Shown: one piece after another, positions 38,027 through 47,346 of the stretch
Numbering within the stretch: the stretch's first letter is position 1
Layout: every line of letters begins with the position of its first letter
Assembly (NCBI GenBank): GCA_002254405.1
Contig: NJDH01000003.1
Span: 5,080-69,079, forward strand
Reading direction: 5' to 3'
Origin: Candidatus Altiarchaeales archaeon ex4484_96
GTDB lineage: Archaea > Altiarchaeota > Altiarchaeia > IMC4 > QMZM01
Length of the DNA stretch: 64,000 bases
Program-made: the position numbers and the translations under genes
The notes under the pieces: generated by a model
Databases searched by the model: none
What the model was told of the DNA's origin: nothing
Seen by the model: the letters and a program-made list of their open reading frames with translations, nothing else

Positions 38027-39232
38027 ATGAAGCCTTGTTGGAATAAGCTTGTGGCGTCGTTGATTGTGCTGGCTTTATTTTTTAATATGGTGCAGCTTGT
38101 TTCCTCTGATGCTCACAGCCATCCTAAATTAGACCCTACCTCCTTGTTAGGCAGTTTAGAGAAAACCAAGACCGGTTCTGTTGTTGCAGAGCTTTTCACT
38201 AAATCAAATGTTATGCTGGCGCAGCGCGCGTTTTATATTTTTGTTGTTGGATATATCATCAACACGATTGCTGAAGACATTGAAAATAATTTTTCCAAGC
38301 ATATCCTATTAAATCCAGATTTGAAAAACCCGGCGGCATTAAACCTGCTTCGTTACTTTATCGGGTTGCTTTATCCCGTGTATATTCTTGCGATTGTTGT
38401 CACAGGGTTTTATATTATTTTTATCCCTGGCTCTCCTGTCGGCAGGTTCAGGGCGAAGTCGTTGCTGGGTAAGCTTATCATTAGTATGGTTTTGGTTTCA
38501 ATATCCCCTGAGCTGATGGGGTGGCTGCTTTTGTTGACTGAGGAATCCACCCGGGAGATAATAGGGGATGATGAAAACATCAGGGCTTATGTTAGAATAG
38601 CTGCTAATGAGTTTTCCTCTATGATAAAGACCATCCGCAACCTGATTATTTTAGGTAATGCACCGAATCTTTTATGGGCTGGGGCAGGAACTCTAAGCAG
38701 CGTTTTAGGTATATTGAAAGGAAGCGCCCATGGTTTTCTGGGCAACGCAGGGCATTTTATGCACGCTATTGAGATTTTTGAGATAGAGACTGTGTGGACT
38801 GTCCCCCTTCTTATGCTGATGGTTCTTGTGATAATCGGGGTCTATGGTCTGCTTGCCATAAGGTATTTTATGGTATTGCTTTGGGCTATGCTGCTGCCTT
38901 TCACTATTTTTCTCTCATCTTTCGAGTTCACGCGCGGTTTCGGGAAGACCATGCTTGAGCAGACCCTCTTATGGAGCAGCCTGCAGGTTTTTTATGGCAT
39001 CACTATAGTGGTTATTGCCGTGGGTATCACGATTGTTCCATCAAGCATGTATGAGTCCTATGGTATAGGCATCTATAAGGGTGATGTCATAGGATTAGGC
39101 TCGGTTATGGAGTCATTGGATATAGCTGGAGAGCCTTTTTTTGTCAGCATATTCACATGGTCCAGCATGTTTATGTTGTTTTTGGGACCTATTTTGATGT
39201 TCACTTTTTTCCAGAAACTACTTCCACCGTAA
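38027..39232 (+). CDS. Polytopic membrane protein, paralog 1 of 5. It has a signal peptide, a ~90-aa ectodomain, a hairpin module (TGFYIIFIPGSPVGRFRAKSLLGKLIISMVLVSISP) and a C-terminal multi-TM domain
   Basis: Shared motifs with the paralogs: PxYxxAxxxTGFYxxF..SP.GR.KAKS.L.KL..S.VL.S.SP, and later RYF.VLLWA.L.PF..F.SSF.FTR..G..MLEQT.LWSS.Q. Confidence 0.65.
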   Translation: MKPCWNKLVASLIVLALFFNMVQLVSSDAHSHPKLDPTSLLGSLEKTKTGSVVAELFTKSNVMLAQRAFYIFVVGYIINTIAEDIENNFSKHILLNPDLKNPAALNLLRYFIGLLYPVYILAIVVTGFYIIFIPGSPVGRFRAKSLLGKLIISMVLVSISPELMGWLLLLTEESTREIIGDDENIRAYVRIAANEFSSMIKTIRNLIILGNAPNLLWAGAGTLSSVLGILKGSAHGFLGNAGHFMHAIEIFEIETVWTVPLLMLMVLVIIGVYGLLAIRYFMVLLWAMLLPFTIFLSSFEFTRGFGKTMLEQTLLWSSLQVFYGITIVVIAVGITIVPSSMYESYGIGIYKGDVIGLGSVMESLDIAGEPFFVSIFTWSSMFMLFLGPILMFTFFQKLLPP

Positions 39233-39233
39233 T

Positions 39234-40181
39234 ATGAGAAACAAAAGTTTTATTGTTGTTGCCATGGTACTGGCTTTGATGTTTGTTCCCTTAGTGCATC
39301 ATGTAGAGGCATCACATGATTCTCCCGGGCAGGCGTTCGCTAAAAATGTTCCAGACACCTTAACCTTTCTCCTAAAAAGAGTTTTATACTATACTGTGGC
39401 GTTTAATTACGCCAGCCGCGGTCTTGATGTTCTATCATCCAGCCTGGAGGAATTTATCCTCATGAATCCCTCACCCCAGCACCCGGTTGTACTGGATATT
39501 ATCCGGTTTTTTGTCTCGCTTCTGCAACCCTTTTATGTGCTTGCTATTTCTATAACAGGGTTTTATCTTATCTTTGTCTCATCATCTCCTGCAGGAAGAA
39601 ACAAGGCTAAAAGCACATTAATTAAGCTGGTTTTCTCTCTCGTCATCATATCCCTGACTCCTCAGGTGATGACCATAGCATTATATACTACCGAAAATAT
39701 CACCAGCTCTATATTAGGCCAGGCTGACATATCCTACTATACCTATGCGTTAAATGAGGCGATGAACACATTACAGTGGATTCATCTGTGGGCTTCATTG
39801 ATTAACATTGAGATGGGTTATTATTCTTTTCTGCCGCCTTTTTTCATAGTATGGGGTACTTATGTGATGCTTACCTTAAGGTTTATCGCTGTTTTATTGT
39901 GGATTGTTATGTTTCCGCTTGCTGTTTTCCTTTATTCATTTACTTTCACGAAAAACATCGGGAGAAACATGCTTGAGCAAACAATTTTATGGAGCAGCAT
40001 GCAAATATTCAATGCTTTATTGGTGGCTGTGGCAGCAATAGGCATGATATCCAAGGAACCTGGGTTTATGCACATACAAGCCCTTATTTCCGGAATAGAT
40101 ATTATTTTGATTGCGGGTGTGTTTAGTTTGGTTGTTGCTCCCGCTTTGATGTTGATTTGGTTCAGGAATTTTTTGCCTTAA
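39234..40181 (+). CDS. Polytopic membrane protein, paralog 2 of 5 (hairpin SSSPAGRNKAKSTLIKLVFSLVIISLTP)
   Basis: Same motif set as paralog 1. The start is 2 nt after the previous stop. Confidence 0.65.
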   Translation: MRNKSFIVVAMVLALMFVPLVHHVEASHDSPGQAFAKNVPDTLTFLLKRVLYYTVAFNYASRGLDVLSSSLEEFILMNPSPQHPVVLDIIRFFVSLLQPFYVLAISITGFYLIFVSSSPAGRNKAKSTLIKLVFSLVIISLTPQVMTIALYTTENITSSILGQADISYYTYALNEAMNTLQWIHLWASLINIEMGYYSFLPPFFIVWGTYVMLTLRFIAVLLWIVMFPLAVFLYSFTFTKNIGRNMLEQTILWSSMQIFNALLVAVAAIGMISKEPGFMHIQALISGIDIILIAGVFSLVVAPALMLIWFRNFLP

Positions 40182-40185
40182 AAAA

Positions 40186-41367
40186 ATGAAAAAAAACAAA
40201 ATAAGGGTTCGAAAGATTGCAATGGTTTTGCTCATCATTATTGTTTTATCGTTGAATGTTAACTCCCAGTTTTTAACGGATTTATGGAGCAACACAAAAA
40301 AACACTTCAAGGGTGAAGGATTACTTAACCCTAAATCGTTTTTCGGTGAGAGCATCGGGTACTTCATCAGGATGATTCTGGTGGTGAAGGTGATATACGG
40401 GGGATTTATCCCAAAATATGCATTGTCCTTCCCGCATAATTTTTATGAGGCTATAATGTCTAATCCATCCCCTTATGACCCTGGCATATTTAATCTGCTG
40501 GTGTTCATGATTAAAATACTTCAACCGGTTTATATCATGCTTATTCTGGCTGCCGGGTTTTATGTGCTTTTCATGCAGTCGTCTCTTTCATCACGCTCTA
40601 AGGCGAAGAATCTGCTTATCAGACTTTTGATTTCGATGCTTGTTTTATCGCTTTCCATCCCGATAATAAATCTTTTGCTGGGTTTATCAGAGGGTGTTAC
40701 TGAATCGGTTTTTGGCCTTATTAGCAGGCAGGAGATAAAGCATACATTGGGCGGTGCAGTCCATAATCTTTTTTGGGTTTATGCTTTGACAGCAGTTCCT
40801 CACACAGACATAGGACTACCTTATTTAACCCTTCTTTTTGCGATGGCGTTTCTCCCATATATAGTTCTTGGTTTGCGTTATATACTAATAACCATGTTCA
40901 TGGTCTTGTTCCCTCTTGGAGTGTTTTTCTACACCCTCCCCTGGCTTAAGGGGATAGGCAAAAAGATACTAGAACAGCTTATTGTGTGGATCTTTTTGCA
41001 GATTTTTATTGCATTGATTATTGTGGTGTTCGTCGGTATCGGCTTGACCATAGAAGATCATGTAGTCTATAACGCCAAGATATCCTTATCTAATCTTAGG
41101 GGCATGTATGATGTTACCGGAATGCTTGCTTTAACCCCAACAGGTATTGATGTCGGTAAATATTTTGGTTTCTGGGGTGTGCTGCTTGGTGGAGTAATCG
41201 GCGCGGGTGTGGGGGTTGCCCCGATAGAGTTTCTCCTGTGCCACTTTTATGAGGCCCTGCCGGCAACCATAAACATCGTGTATTTCGTACTGGGGGCTAC
41301 AATATATGCAATGCTCGCTATTTTCCCTCTCATATGGTCCCATCACCTCCATGATTTCCTACCATGA
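40186..41367 (+). CDS. Polytopic membrane protein, paralog 3 of 5 (hairpin QSSLSSRSKAKNLLIRLLISMLVLSLSIP), with a Gly-rich extra C-terminal TM domain
   Basis: Same motif set. Ends with GVLLGGVIGAGVGVAPIEF. Confidence 0.65.
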   Translation: MKKNKIRVRKIAMVLLIIIVLSLNVNSQFLTDLWSNTKKHFKGEGLLNPKSFFGESIGYFIRMILVVKVIYGGFIPKYALSFPHNFYEAIMSNPSPYDPGIFNLLVFMIKILQPVYIMLILAAGFYVLFMQSSLSSRSKAKNLLIRLLISMLVLSLSIPIINLLLGLSEGVTESVFGLISRQEIKHTLGGAVHNLFWVYALTAVPHTDIGLPYLTLLFAMAFLPYIVLGLRYILITMFMVLFPLGVFFYTLPWLKGIGKKILEQLIVWIFLQIFIALIIVVFVGIGLTIEDHVVYNAKISLSNLRGMYDVTGMLALTPTGIDVGKYFGFWGVLLGGVIGAGVGVAPIEFLLCHFYEALPATINIVYFVLGATIYAMLAIFPLIWSHHLHDFLP

Positions 41368-42440
41368 AAAACAAAACAAAAACCCTGGTATTGGCTTTGA
41401 TTTTGGTTTATTTAGCGGGGGCGCTCTCGTTGGATGTGTTAGCCACTAAAATGAAGGGCGCTTATTCCAAGGCACCCTGGGGTGAGGGATTCATTAATGT
41501 CTTTACCTCGGAAGCGGCTAAGTTTTCCAGGAAAGGTCTTATAATCTGGTCTGGTAGTCTGGTTCATGATTTTTATCTCAGCATTTACCCTAACATGCCC
41601 ACATTAATAACAGCTAATCCCCCTATGTGGAGTATCAAGCATTTCATGGGTTTCTTCATCAATCTCATAGAGCCGTTTTATATTGTGGCTATTATGTTAA
41701 CGGGGTTTTATATTATTTTTGTCTCACAGTCTCCTGTAAACCGGGCTAAGGCAAAAAAATGGTTTGGGAAGCTTATAATAGGGTTGGTTCTCATCTCCAT
41801 ATCACCCCTCCTCGTTGAAGTACTGTATTTTATCTCCAGCAACCTCTCAAAGCAGATTATGAATCTCGCTGACGTGGAGCTGGCCTTGGGTTCGTTTAAG
41901 GCAGCCTCGCAGGGTTTATGGGATATGTTCAAATATCTGACAATGATACACAGATACGGTGGCGTGGAGATATTCCTCATTGATACCGTGGTAATGATGG
42001 CATTGTATCTTATCATGTTTATGAGATATATTATGGCTGGTTTATTGGCTGTGCTTTTGCCTGCAGCATTGTTTTTTTATTCATGGGATTTAACCAGAAA
42101 CGTGGGGAAGATGATGTTTGAGCAATTGATTATATGGATTTTCATGCAGATGGGTTGGGCTGTTGGGTTGGTTATTGTCTCTGTTGCAGTGGTTACGTTA
42201 CCGTCTGTTGCTCCTAGTATGCCGATAGAGTTCTTGTATATCACATCGCTTCTTTTTATGATGGCTGTTCCGTTCATGATACTTGGTGTTATGAACTGGA
42301 TGGGTTTGTCGATTTTCATGTTCGAGGTTGTGCAGGCCGCTCCCTTAAGCAGCGGTGCTGTGTTGTTTGGTGAAACCACGATAGAGAGGAAACCCGTGGT
42401 TGAGGAGGAGGTGATTGTTAAGCCACCGGAGGATTACTGA
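41364..42440 (+). CDS. Polytopic membrane protein, paralog 4 of 5 (hairpin SQSPVNRAKAKKWFGKLIIGLVLISISP)
   Basis: Same motif set. 4-nt overlap with the upstream gene. Confidence 0.65.
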   Translation: MKNKTKTLVLALILVYLAGALSLDVLATKMKGAYSKAPWGEGFINVFTSEAAKFSRKGLIIWSGSLVHDFYLSIYPNMPTLITANPPMWSIKHFMGFFINLIEPFYIVAIMLTGFYIIFVSQSPVNRAKAKKWFGKLIIGLVLISISPLLVEVLYFISSNLSKQIMNLADVELALGSFKAASQGLWDMFKYLTMIHRYGGVEIFLIDTVVMMALYLIMFMRYIMAGLLAVLLPAALFFYSWDLTRNVGKMMFEQLIIWIFMQMGWAVGLVIVSVAVVTLPSVAPSMPIEFLYITSLLFMMAVPFMILGVMNWMGLSIFMFEVVQAAPLSSGAVLFGETTIERKPVVEEEVIVKPPEDY

Positions 42441-42445
42441 ATAAA

Positions 42446-43942
42446 ATGAATCAATACCCTAAAAGTATCTGGTTTGTTGTTTTCCTTATTATTCTAGCCT
42501 TAACCCTAAACGCCAGCTCATTAAACCTGGGTGAATCATCTCCTTCAAGCGAGTCGGCTGCGGGGGTGGAACAAAGCAGCTGTCGCATTCTGCCGGGCAC
42601 CCCGGAATACGATGAATACATCGAGCCATGCGAGATAGACAGCGATTGCGTGAGGTTTATGAAAGAATACAGCAACCTGATGCAAAAAGACACCTGCGAC
42701 GCATTAAGGGAGACGATAATCGAAGCCTGCGATATAGCCGAAGCCGAGGAAAAGGAGGTATTGATTGCCGTGCAGCTGGGATTAGACCCCCCGGGCGGAA
42801 CAGAGCAAACAGAAAGTCCGCTTGTTGAAGGCAGGGGAGTGAGGTTTTACTCTGACACACCCCTGGCGATGCCCCATGAAAGGCTTTCTGATATCGCAAC
42901 CAACTATTTTGATTTCACGATGAACGAGGGCACCCACATCTATGCTTCGGTCATTGGGGAGAGGGAGGGGCTGAATCCGACAGAATGCTCTACCACGGTT
43001 GAAACATGGAATGAAGGTATTCATTCCTCTGATCATACGGTGAACGAGATGGTGGACAGCGCACTCGCTATTATTCTAAGCGCTGAAGGGAAACATCATA
43101 GTGGTCTAATCAAGTGGATGGAAAGTGTAACAGGTTTTATTCATTTACCCCTCACCGAGGCTGTTAAGTCAGAGTTCGCTAAGTCTTTCGGGGGCAGGTT
43201 TCTTGTCGGATGGCTTGGGGTTAAAATAGGAATACTCGACAAGCTTGAGGTAATGTGCAATGACATAGACTACTTCATTTTGCTTAAACCTAACCTGACC
43301 GAACCGGTTGTAGTGAACACCCTGGATTTTTTCATCAACCTGCTTGAGCCATTTTATCTGCTGGCCATCGGCGCAACAATATTTTATCTACTATCCACGT
43401 CATCATCCCCGCTTGGTCGGGCGCGGGCTAAATCCACGCTTCTTAGGATGATAATATCGGTGGGTTTCATCATCCTCACCATACCAATATTCCAACTCCT
43501 ATTGGATTTAACTCACATAATATCAGCCTATACAATGGATTTGGTTGACATCAATATCACCAAAACCTTTTTATGCACTGAATGCATCAACGCCCTCAAC
43601 TACGAGTATCTTGTTATCATGCTGATAGCCTTCTTCACGGGATTGTTTATCGCTTTATTCCAGATAATCTTTTATTTGGGTGCGATGATTATACTGGTTT
43701 TAAGGTATTTTATGGTGATAATGTGGGCGATTTTCTTCCCCTTCACGATTTTTTTCAACTCGTTTCATCTAACCCGGCGTCTGGGTCATGAGATGCTTTT
43801 TCAGACCGGCTGGTGGATTGCGATGCAGTTTATTGAGGCGCTGGTTTTCCTGGTGGATGGCTATGATGATTGTATCGTTTTCGGCTCTGGAGGTGCCCTG
43901 GCTTTCAGGCACAGCCGATATGGCAGAGGAAGCCGAGTTTGA
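42446..43942 (+). CDS. Polytopic membrane protein, paralog 5 of 5, with a ~270-aa Cys-containing N-terminal ectodomain (hairpin TSSSPLGRARAKSTLLRMIISVGFIILTIP)
   Basis: Signal peptide. The ectodomain has CRILPGTPEYDEYIEPCEIDSDC. The motif set is the same as the paralogs (RYFMVIMWAIFFPFTIFFNSFHLTRRLGHEMLFQTGWW). Confidence 0.65.
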   Translation: MNQYPKSIWFVVFLIILALTLNASSLNLGESSPSSESAAGVEQSSCRILPGTPEYDEYIEPCEIDSDCVRFMKEYSNLMQKDTCDALRETIIEACDIAEAEEKEVLIAVQLGLDPPGGTEQTESPLVEGRGVRFYSDTPLAMPHERLSDIATNYFDFTMNEGTHIYASVIGEREGLNPTECSTTVETWNEGIHSSDHTVNEMVDSALAIILSAEGKHHSGLIKWMESVTGFIHLPLTEAVKSEFAKSFGGRFLVGWLGVKIGILDKLEVMCNDIDYFILLKPNLTEPVVVNTLDFFINLLEPFYLLAIGATIFYLLSTSSSPLGRARAKSTLLRMIISVGFIILTIPIFQLLLDLTHIISAYTMDLVDINITKTFLCTECINALNYEYLVIMLIAFFTGLFIALFQIIFYLGAMIILVLRYFMVIMWAIFFPFTIFFNSFHLTRRLGHEMLFQTGWWIAMQFIEALVFLVDGYDDCIVFGSGGALAFRHSRYGRGSRV

Positions 43943-44061
43943 ATCATACAAGAAGGAGGAAATCACGCCACCGGATTCGGTTGGCCCCCCCAAGGGGCCT
44001 TTGTGGTGATAATACTATTTTACCTGTTTAAACCAAATAATTAATTCAATGGGGAAATAAG

Positions 44062-44586
44062 ATGAGATTGGATAAATCCGATTTAAGGGCGTTGGGGTAT
44101 AAGGGTATTGCGGCTGGGTTCATTATTGCAGCGGTTTTGGCTTTCATCTATCAGCTTCTGACTGGAATGCCTTTTATTGTTGGTTTATTGGCGATGTTGT
44201 TGGCGGTTTTCGGGAGTTATCTGGTTTTCATGTCCTTTGAGAAAGAGGTGGTTCCCCCGAAAATGGATGAAGGCGAGTCGATATTACTGGAGAGCATAGA
44301 CCAGGGTTATGTGTTGTTTCCCTCCAGAAGAGGCCGTCTGCTGGGTCGGCGCTCACATAAGTATATGGGCCTTTATCTCACCAACAAGAGAATAATCGGC
44401 AAGGAGATTGATGTGGTCTTGGATATTCCTCTTGAATCCATCAAGTCTGTGGTTTTGGAGAGTAAGCTTTTTAGGGATTATCTGAGAATAAATTATCTTG
44501 TGAACAATGTGGAAAAGGATGTTTTGGTTGTTCCAGGGGATAGCGCTTTATGGAATCAGAAACTAAGAGAGCTTGGAGTGGGCTGA
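44062..44586 (+). CDS. 2-TM membrane protein with a C-terminal PH-like (bacterial PH/GRAM-type) domain
   Basis: Two N-terminal TM helices, then YVLFPSRRGRLLGRRSHKYMGLYLTNKRIIG reminiscent of bPH_2 domains. The call is weak. Confidence 0.4.
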   Translation: MRLDKSDLRALGYKGIAAGFIIAAVLAFIYQLLTGMPFIVGLLAMLLAVFGSYLVFMSFEKEVVPPKMDEGESILLESIDQGYVLFPSRRGRLLGRRSHKYMGLYLTNKRIIGKEIDVVLDIPLESIKSVVLESKLFRDYLRINYLVNNVEKDVLVVPGDSALWNQKLRELGVG

Positions 44587-45338
44587 AGAGGCTTATTTTT
44601 TTGTTGGTTTTGTTTACCCTGTTCCCCCCCTTCCAAGCACATGCTCAGTGTACTGGATCACCCCAGCCGGGTGCTTCATGCCACGGGTACATCCTCAGCA
44701 GCGCAGATATAAGCAACCCAACGGCTCAATGCAGTGATATGTCGCCTAAGCTTGTTGAGCTGCTTAACTGCATGGAGGGCTATCTACCTGAGAAGGCGAA
44801 GGTTATAAGCTCGGTCTCTGATTCACAGGGCATGGATCGGTGCATTCCAAGTGAACACAGCAGACCACCTTGTGCTCATGTCATTTATTCATGCCACTAT
44901 GGGGGGAGGGATTGCATTGGCCAATCCTATGCGGTGGATTTTAAAAACAGCGAATGCTATGCTGAGATAAGGCAGGCTTTGGCTTACTGCGGCGGAGGCA
45001 GGATTAAAACATACTCAACACACATCCACGTAAGTGTGGGGTGTGAAAATGGATGCAACTGTGACTGCGGTTTGACTAAAGTAAACCCTGTCACACCAGA
45101 ATTTAATGCTGTGGCGAAGGTGGGGAAAACAGCAACCAGCATTGAAGAGAAAAACGTTATTGTTAAAGTGGGGGATATGGTCTATTTTGATGCCAGTGAT
45201 TCCGTTGGCGTGGGCAGTTTCAGTTGGGATTATGCTGACGGGAACACAGCAACGGGAGCATCCCCCTCACACAGTTTTTCCTCTGAGGGAACCTATACTG
45301 TGGCCTTGACTTTCACCGGAAACCTCAACCTCGGTTAA
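44550..45338 (+). CDS. Secreted Cys-rich protein with one PKD repeat. It is probably the 5' segment of a longer gene interrupted by a frameshift
   Basis: Signal LIFLLVLFTLFPPFQAHA. 14 Cys. PKD motif SFSWDYADGNTATG. The stop is at 45336-45338, while frame +1 stays open from 45310 through 46107. Confidence 0.55.
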   Translation: MESETKRAWSGLKRLIFLLVLFTLFPPFQAHAQCTGSPQPGASCHGYILSSADISNPTAQCSDMSPKLVELLNCMEGYLPEKAKVISSVSDSQGMDRCIPSEHSRPPCAHVIYSCHYGGRDCIGQSYAVDFKNSECYAEIRQALAYCGGGRIKTYSTHIHVSVGCENGCNCDCGLTKVNPVTPEFNAVAKVGKTATSIEEKNVIVKVGDMVYFDASDSVGVGSFSWDYADGNTATGASPSHSFSSEGTYTVALTFTGNLNLG

Positions 45339-45512
45339 TCAAAAAACAATCACCATAGGCGTTGGGGACACAGCTTTCTTTGACGCAAGCCAGTCTATCG
45401 GAACCGGAAGTTTCAGTTGGGATTATGCTGACGGGAACACAGCAACGGGAGCATCCCCCTCACACAGTTTTTCCTCTGAGGGAACCTATACTGTGGCCTT
45501 GACTTTCACCGG
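45216..45512 (+). repeat. Two perfect 104-bp direct repeats (45216-45319 and 45409-45512) inside the PKD-coding regions, in different reading frames
   Basis: agtttcagttgggattatgctgacgggaacacagcaacgggagcatccccctcacacagtttttcctctgagggaacctatactgtggccttgactttcaccgg is present twice. Confidence 0.85.
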
Positions 45513-46107
45513 GTTAACCGCTCAGGCGGCGGTTAGAAGCAGCTGGGAATCAGAACAGGTTCAGGAGGTAGAGTGCTGTGAAATATGCATAGAGATATGG
45601 GGTGAGATGTGCGGCGGATACGCGAATTGCTCGAAAGACTGTGAATCATGCTGCGGGGACTGGTGCAAGGATTTGGATGACGAACCGGTTAAAAAACAGT
45701 GCGAGGCCGTGTGCGAAGGCAGATGCAAAAGCTATTTTGCTGTAAGTGAAATACTTGGTTTGATTTCCACGGTATCCATTATCCTTGCGGCAATAATCTT
45801 TGCACTCCATGCAATAGCATTATTGGTTTCTTTCGGACCCTATGAGCGAAGCGAAGCGAAAAGATCAATTAAGTATGTGATTATTGTCTTGGTCCTGTTT
45901 GCTCTAATATTTCATATAGTCAACATTTTGTATGCACCTTTTAGGGTTCCTGGGGGGGAAACCACCAACCCAACATGTCTAGATTGCTCTAATATACAAA
46001 CATGCAGTGATTATAACATGTATCTGGGTTACCAGGATTGCATATTAAATGTATGTGATGTTCACGATACCTGTTATGTGGATAAAGACCAACAGTGTGC
46101 GAGCTGA
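45310..46107 (+). CDS. Continuation segment in frame +1 relative to the previous CDS. It has a second PKD repeat, a Cys-rich region (CCEICIEIWGEMCGGYANCSKDCESCCGDWC), a C-terminal hairpin module (FGPYERSEAKRSIKYVIIVLVLF) and a Cys-rich tail
   Basis: There is no ATG before the GTG at 45493. The frame is open from 45310. The PKD copy is identical over 104 nt to the copy in the upstream segment. Confidence 0.45.
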   Translation, partial: LSPETSTSVNQKTITIGVGDTAFFDASQSIGTGSFSWDYADGNTATGASPSHSFSSEGTYTVALTFTGLTAQAAVRSSWESEQVQEVECCEICIEIWGEMCGGYANCSKDCESCCGDWCKDLDDEPVKKQCEAVCEGRCKSYFAVSEILGLISTVSIILAAIIFALHAIALLVSFGPYERSEAKRSIKYVIIVLVLFALIFHIVNILYAPFRVPGGETTNPTCLDCSNIQTCSDYNMYLGYQDCILNVCDVHDTCYVDKDQQCAS

Positions 46108-46251
46108 AGTATAATCCCCCATATAGCTGCGATTATTATGGGGTGGCAAGCTGCACCATGAACCCCTGTGAAATAGAGGGAAGTTGCATGGGGGATATAA
46201 CAAATAGTGTGTGTGTTTCTGATTAAAGCAGTTAACTCCCTTTGTTAATAT

Positions 46252-47346
46252 TTGTTTTATCATATTCTTGGTCTATATTATACTATAATGGATTACCTGA
46301 AGCAGCCCGGGCGGCTTTATATTTATCTCATCGGTCTGGTGCTTTTTTTTGTTACATTATCGGTTATGCTAAGATTTTTTGATGTATTCGTTTACGCCCT
46401 CTTCATATACTACATCACCCAGCCGATTAAGAAAAGACTAGACAATCGTATTAAATCCCCAAACCTGGTTATCGCAGTATCGCTTTTCGTTCTCGTACTC
46501 CCTGTTATACTCGCAGGGTTATATGCGATGAGCGTGGCATCATACGAGCTGAACCTGCTATTATCCGCCAACAGCCTGCTTGTGGATGAATACCTCAGCA
46601 GCGGATTAACCAGGCTTGAGGAAATCTATCTCAATATGCAAGCCGTGGACCTGCTATACTACCTAAAAGAAGGAAGCATAGCAGTATACGATAACCTCAT
46701 ACTCCTCCTATACCATATCGCGGACATAATATTCAAGCTAATAATAACGTTTATTCTATCATACTATTTCCTGAGATACCACACCCAAATCAAAAAATAT
46801 TATACTGAAACATTCACCCCATCCGGGGGCAAGACGCTAACCGCATACACCGAAGCCGTGGACGCAGCATTACAGAAGATATTCTTCGGTAACATAATCA
46901 CCATCATGGTAACATCGCTTATCGGGGTGCTGGTGTTTCATCTATTCAATGCTTTCGCCAGCCCGCAGATGCAGATACCCTACCCCCTACTATTCGGCAT
47001 ACTATGCGGTTTGGGGACGCTTGTGCCGGCGGTGGGTATTAAAATCATCTGGGTGCCCTTGTTCGCTTACATGGGATTAGAGGCTTACCTTAATAATCTG
47101 CTGGCTTCCGAGTGGCCTATATTATTAGGTTATCTTATCGTAGTCAATGTTTTCGTTGACTTCACGCCTGACCTGCTGCTTAGGCCTCTTGTAAGCGGCA
47201 AAGACATGCACAAGGGGTCCCTGATGCTGGCCTACATCTTCGGTCCGGCGGTATTCGGTTTCATGGGCTTGTTTCTGGGGCCGATTATTCTGATTCTTAT
47301 AATAAAATTCTCTAAGATTATTGTCCCGGAACTCAAAGATGGATGA
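46252..47346 (+). CDS. AI-2E family (UPF0118/PerM-like) transporter
   Basis: 8-TM, 364-aa protein with the characteristic C-terminal LLRPLVSGKDMHKGSLMLAYIFGPAVFGFMGLFLGP motif. Confidence 0.6.
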   Translation: MFYHILGLYYTIMDYLKQPGRLYIYLIGLVLFFVTLSVMLRFFDVFVYALFIYYITQPIKKRLDNRIKSPNLVIAVSLFVLVLPVILAGLYAMSVASYELNLLLSANSLLVDEYLSSGLTRLEEIYLNMQAVDLLYYLKEGSIAVYDNLILLLYHIADIIFKLIITFILSYYFLRYHTQIKKYYTETFTPSGGKTLTAYTEAVDAALQKIFFGNIITIMVTSLIGVLVFHLFNAFASPQMQIPYPLLFGILCGLGTLVPAVGIKIIWVPLFAYMGLEAYLNNLLASEWPILLGYLIVVNVFVDFTPDLLLRPLVSGKDMHKGSLMLAYIFGPAVFGFMGLFLGPIILILIIKFSKIIVPELKDG

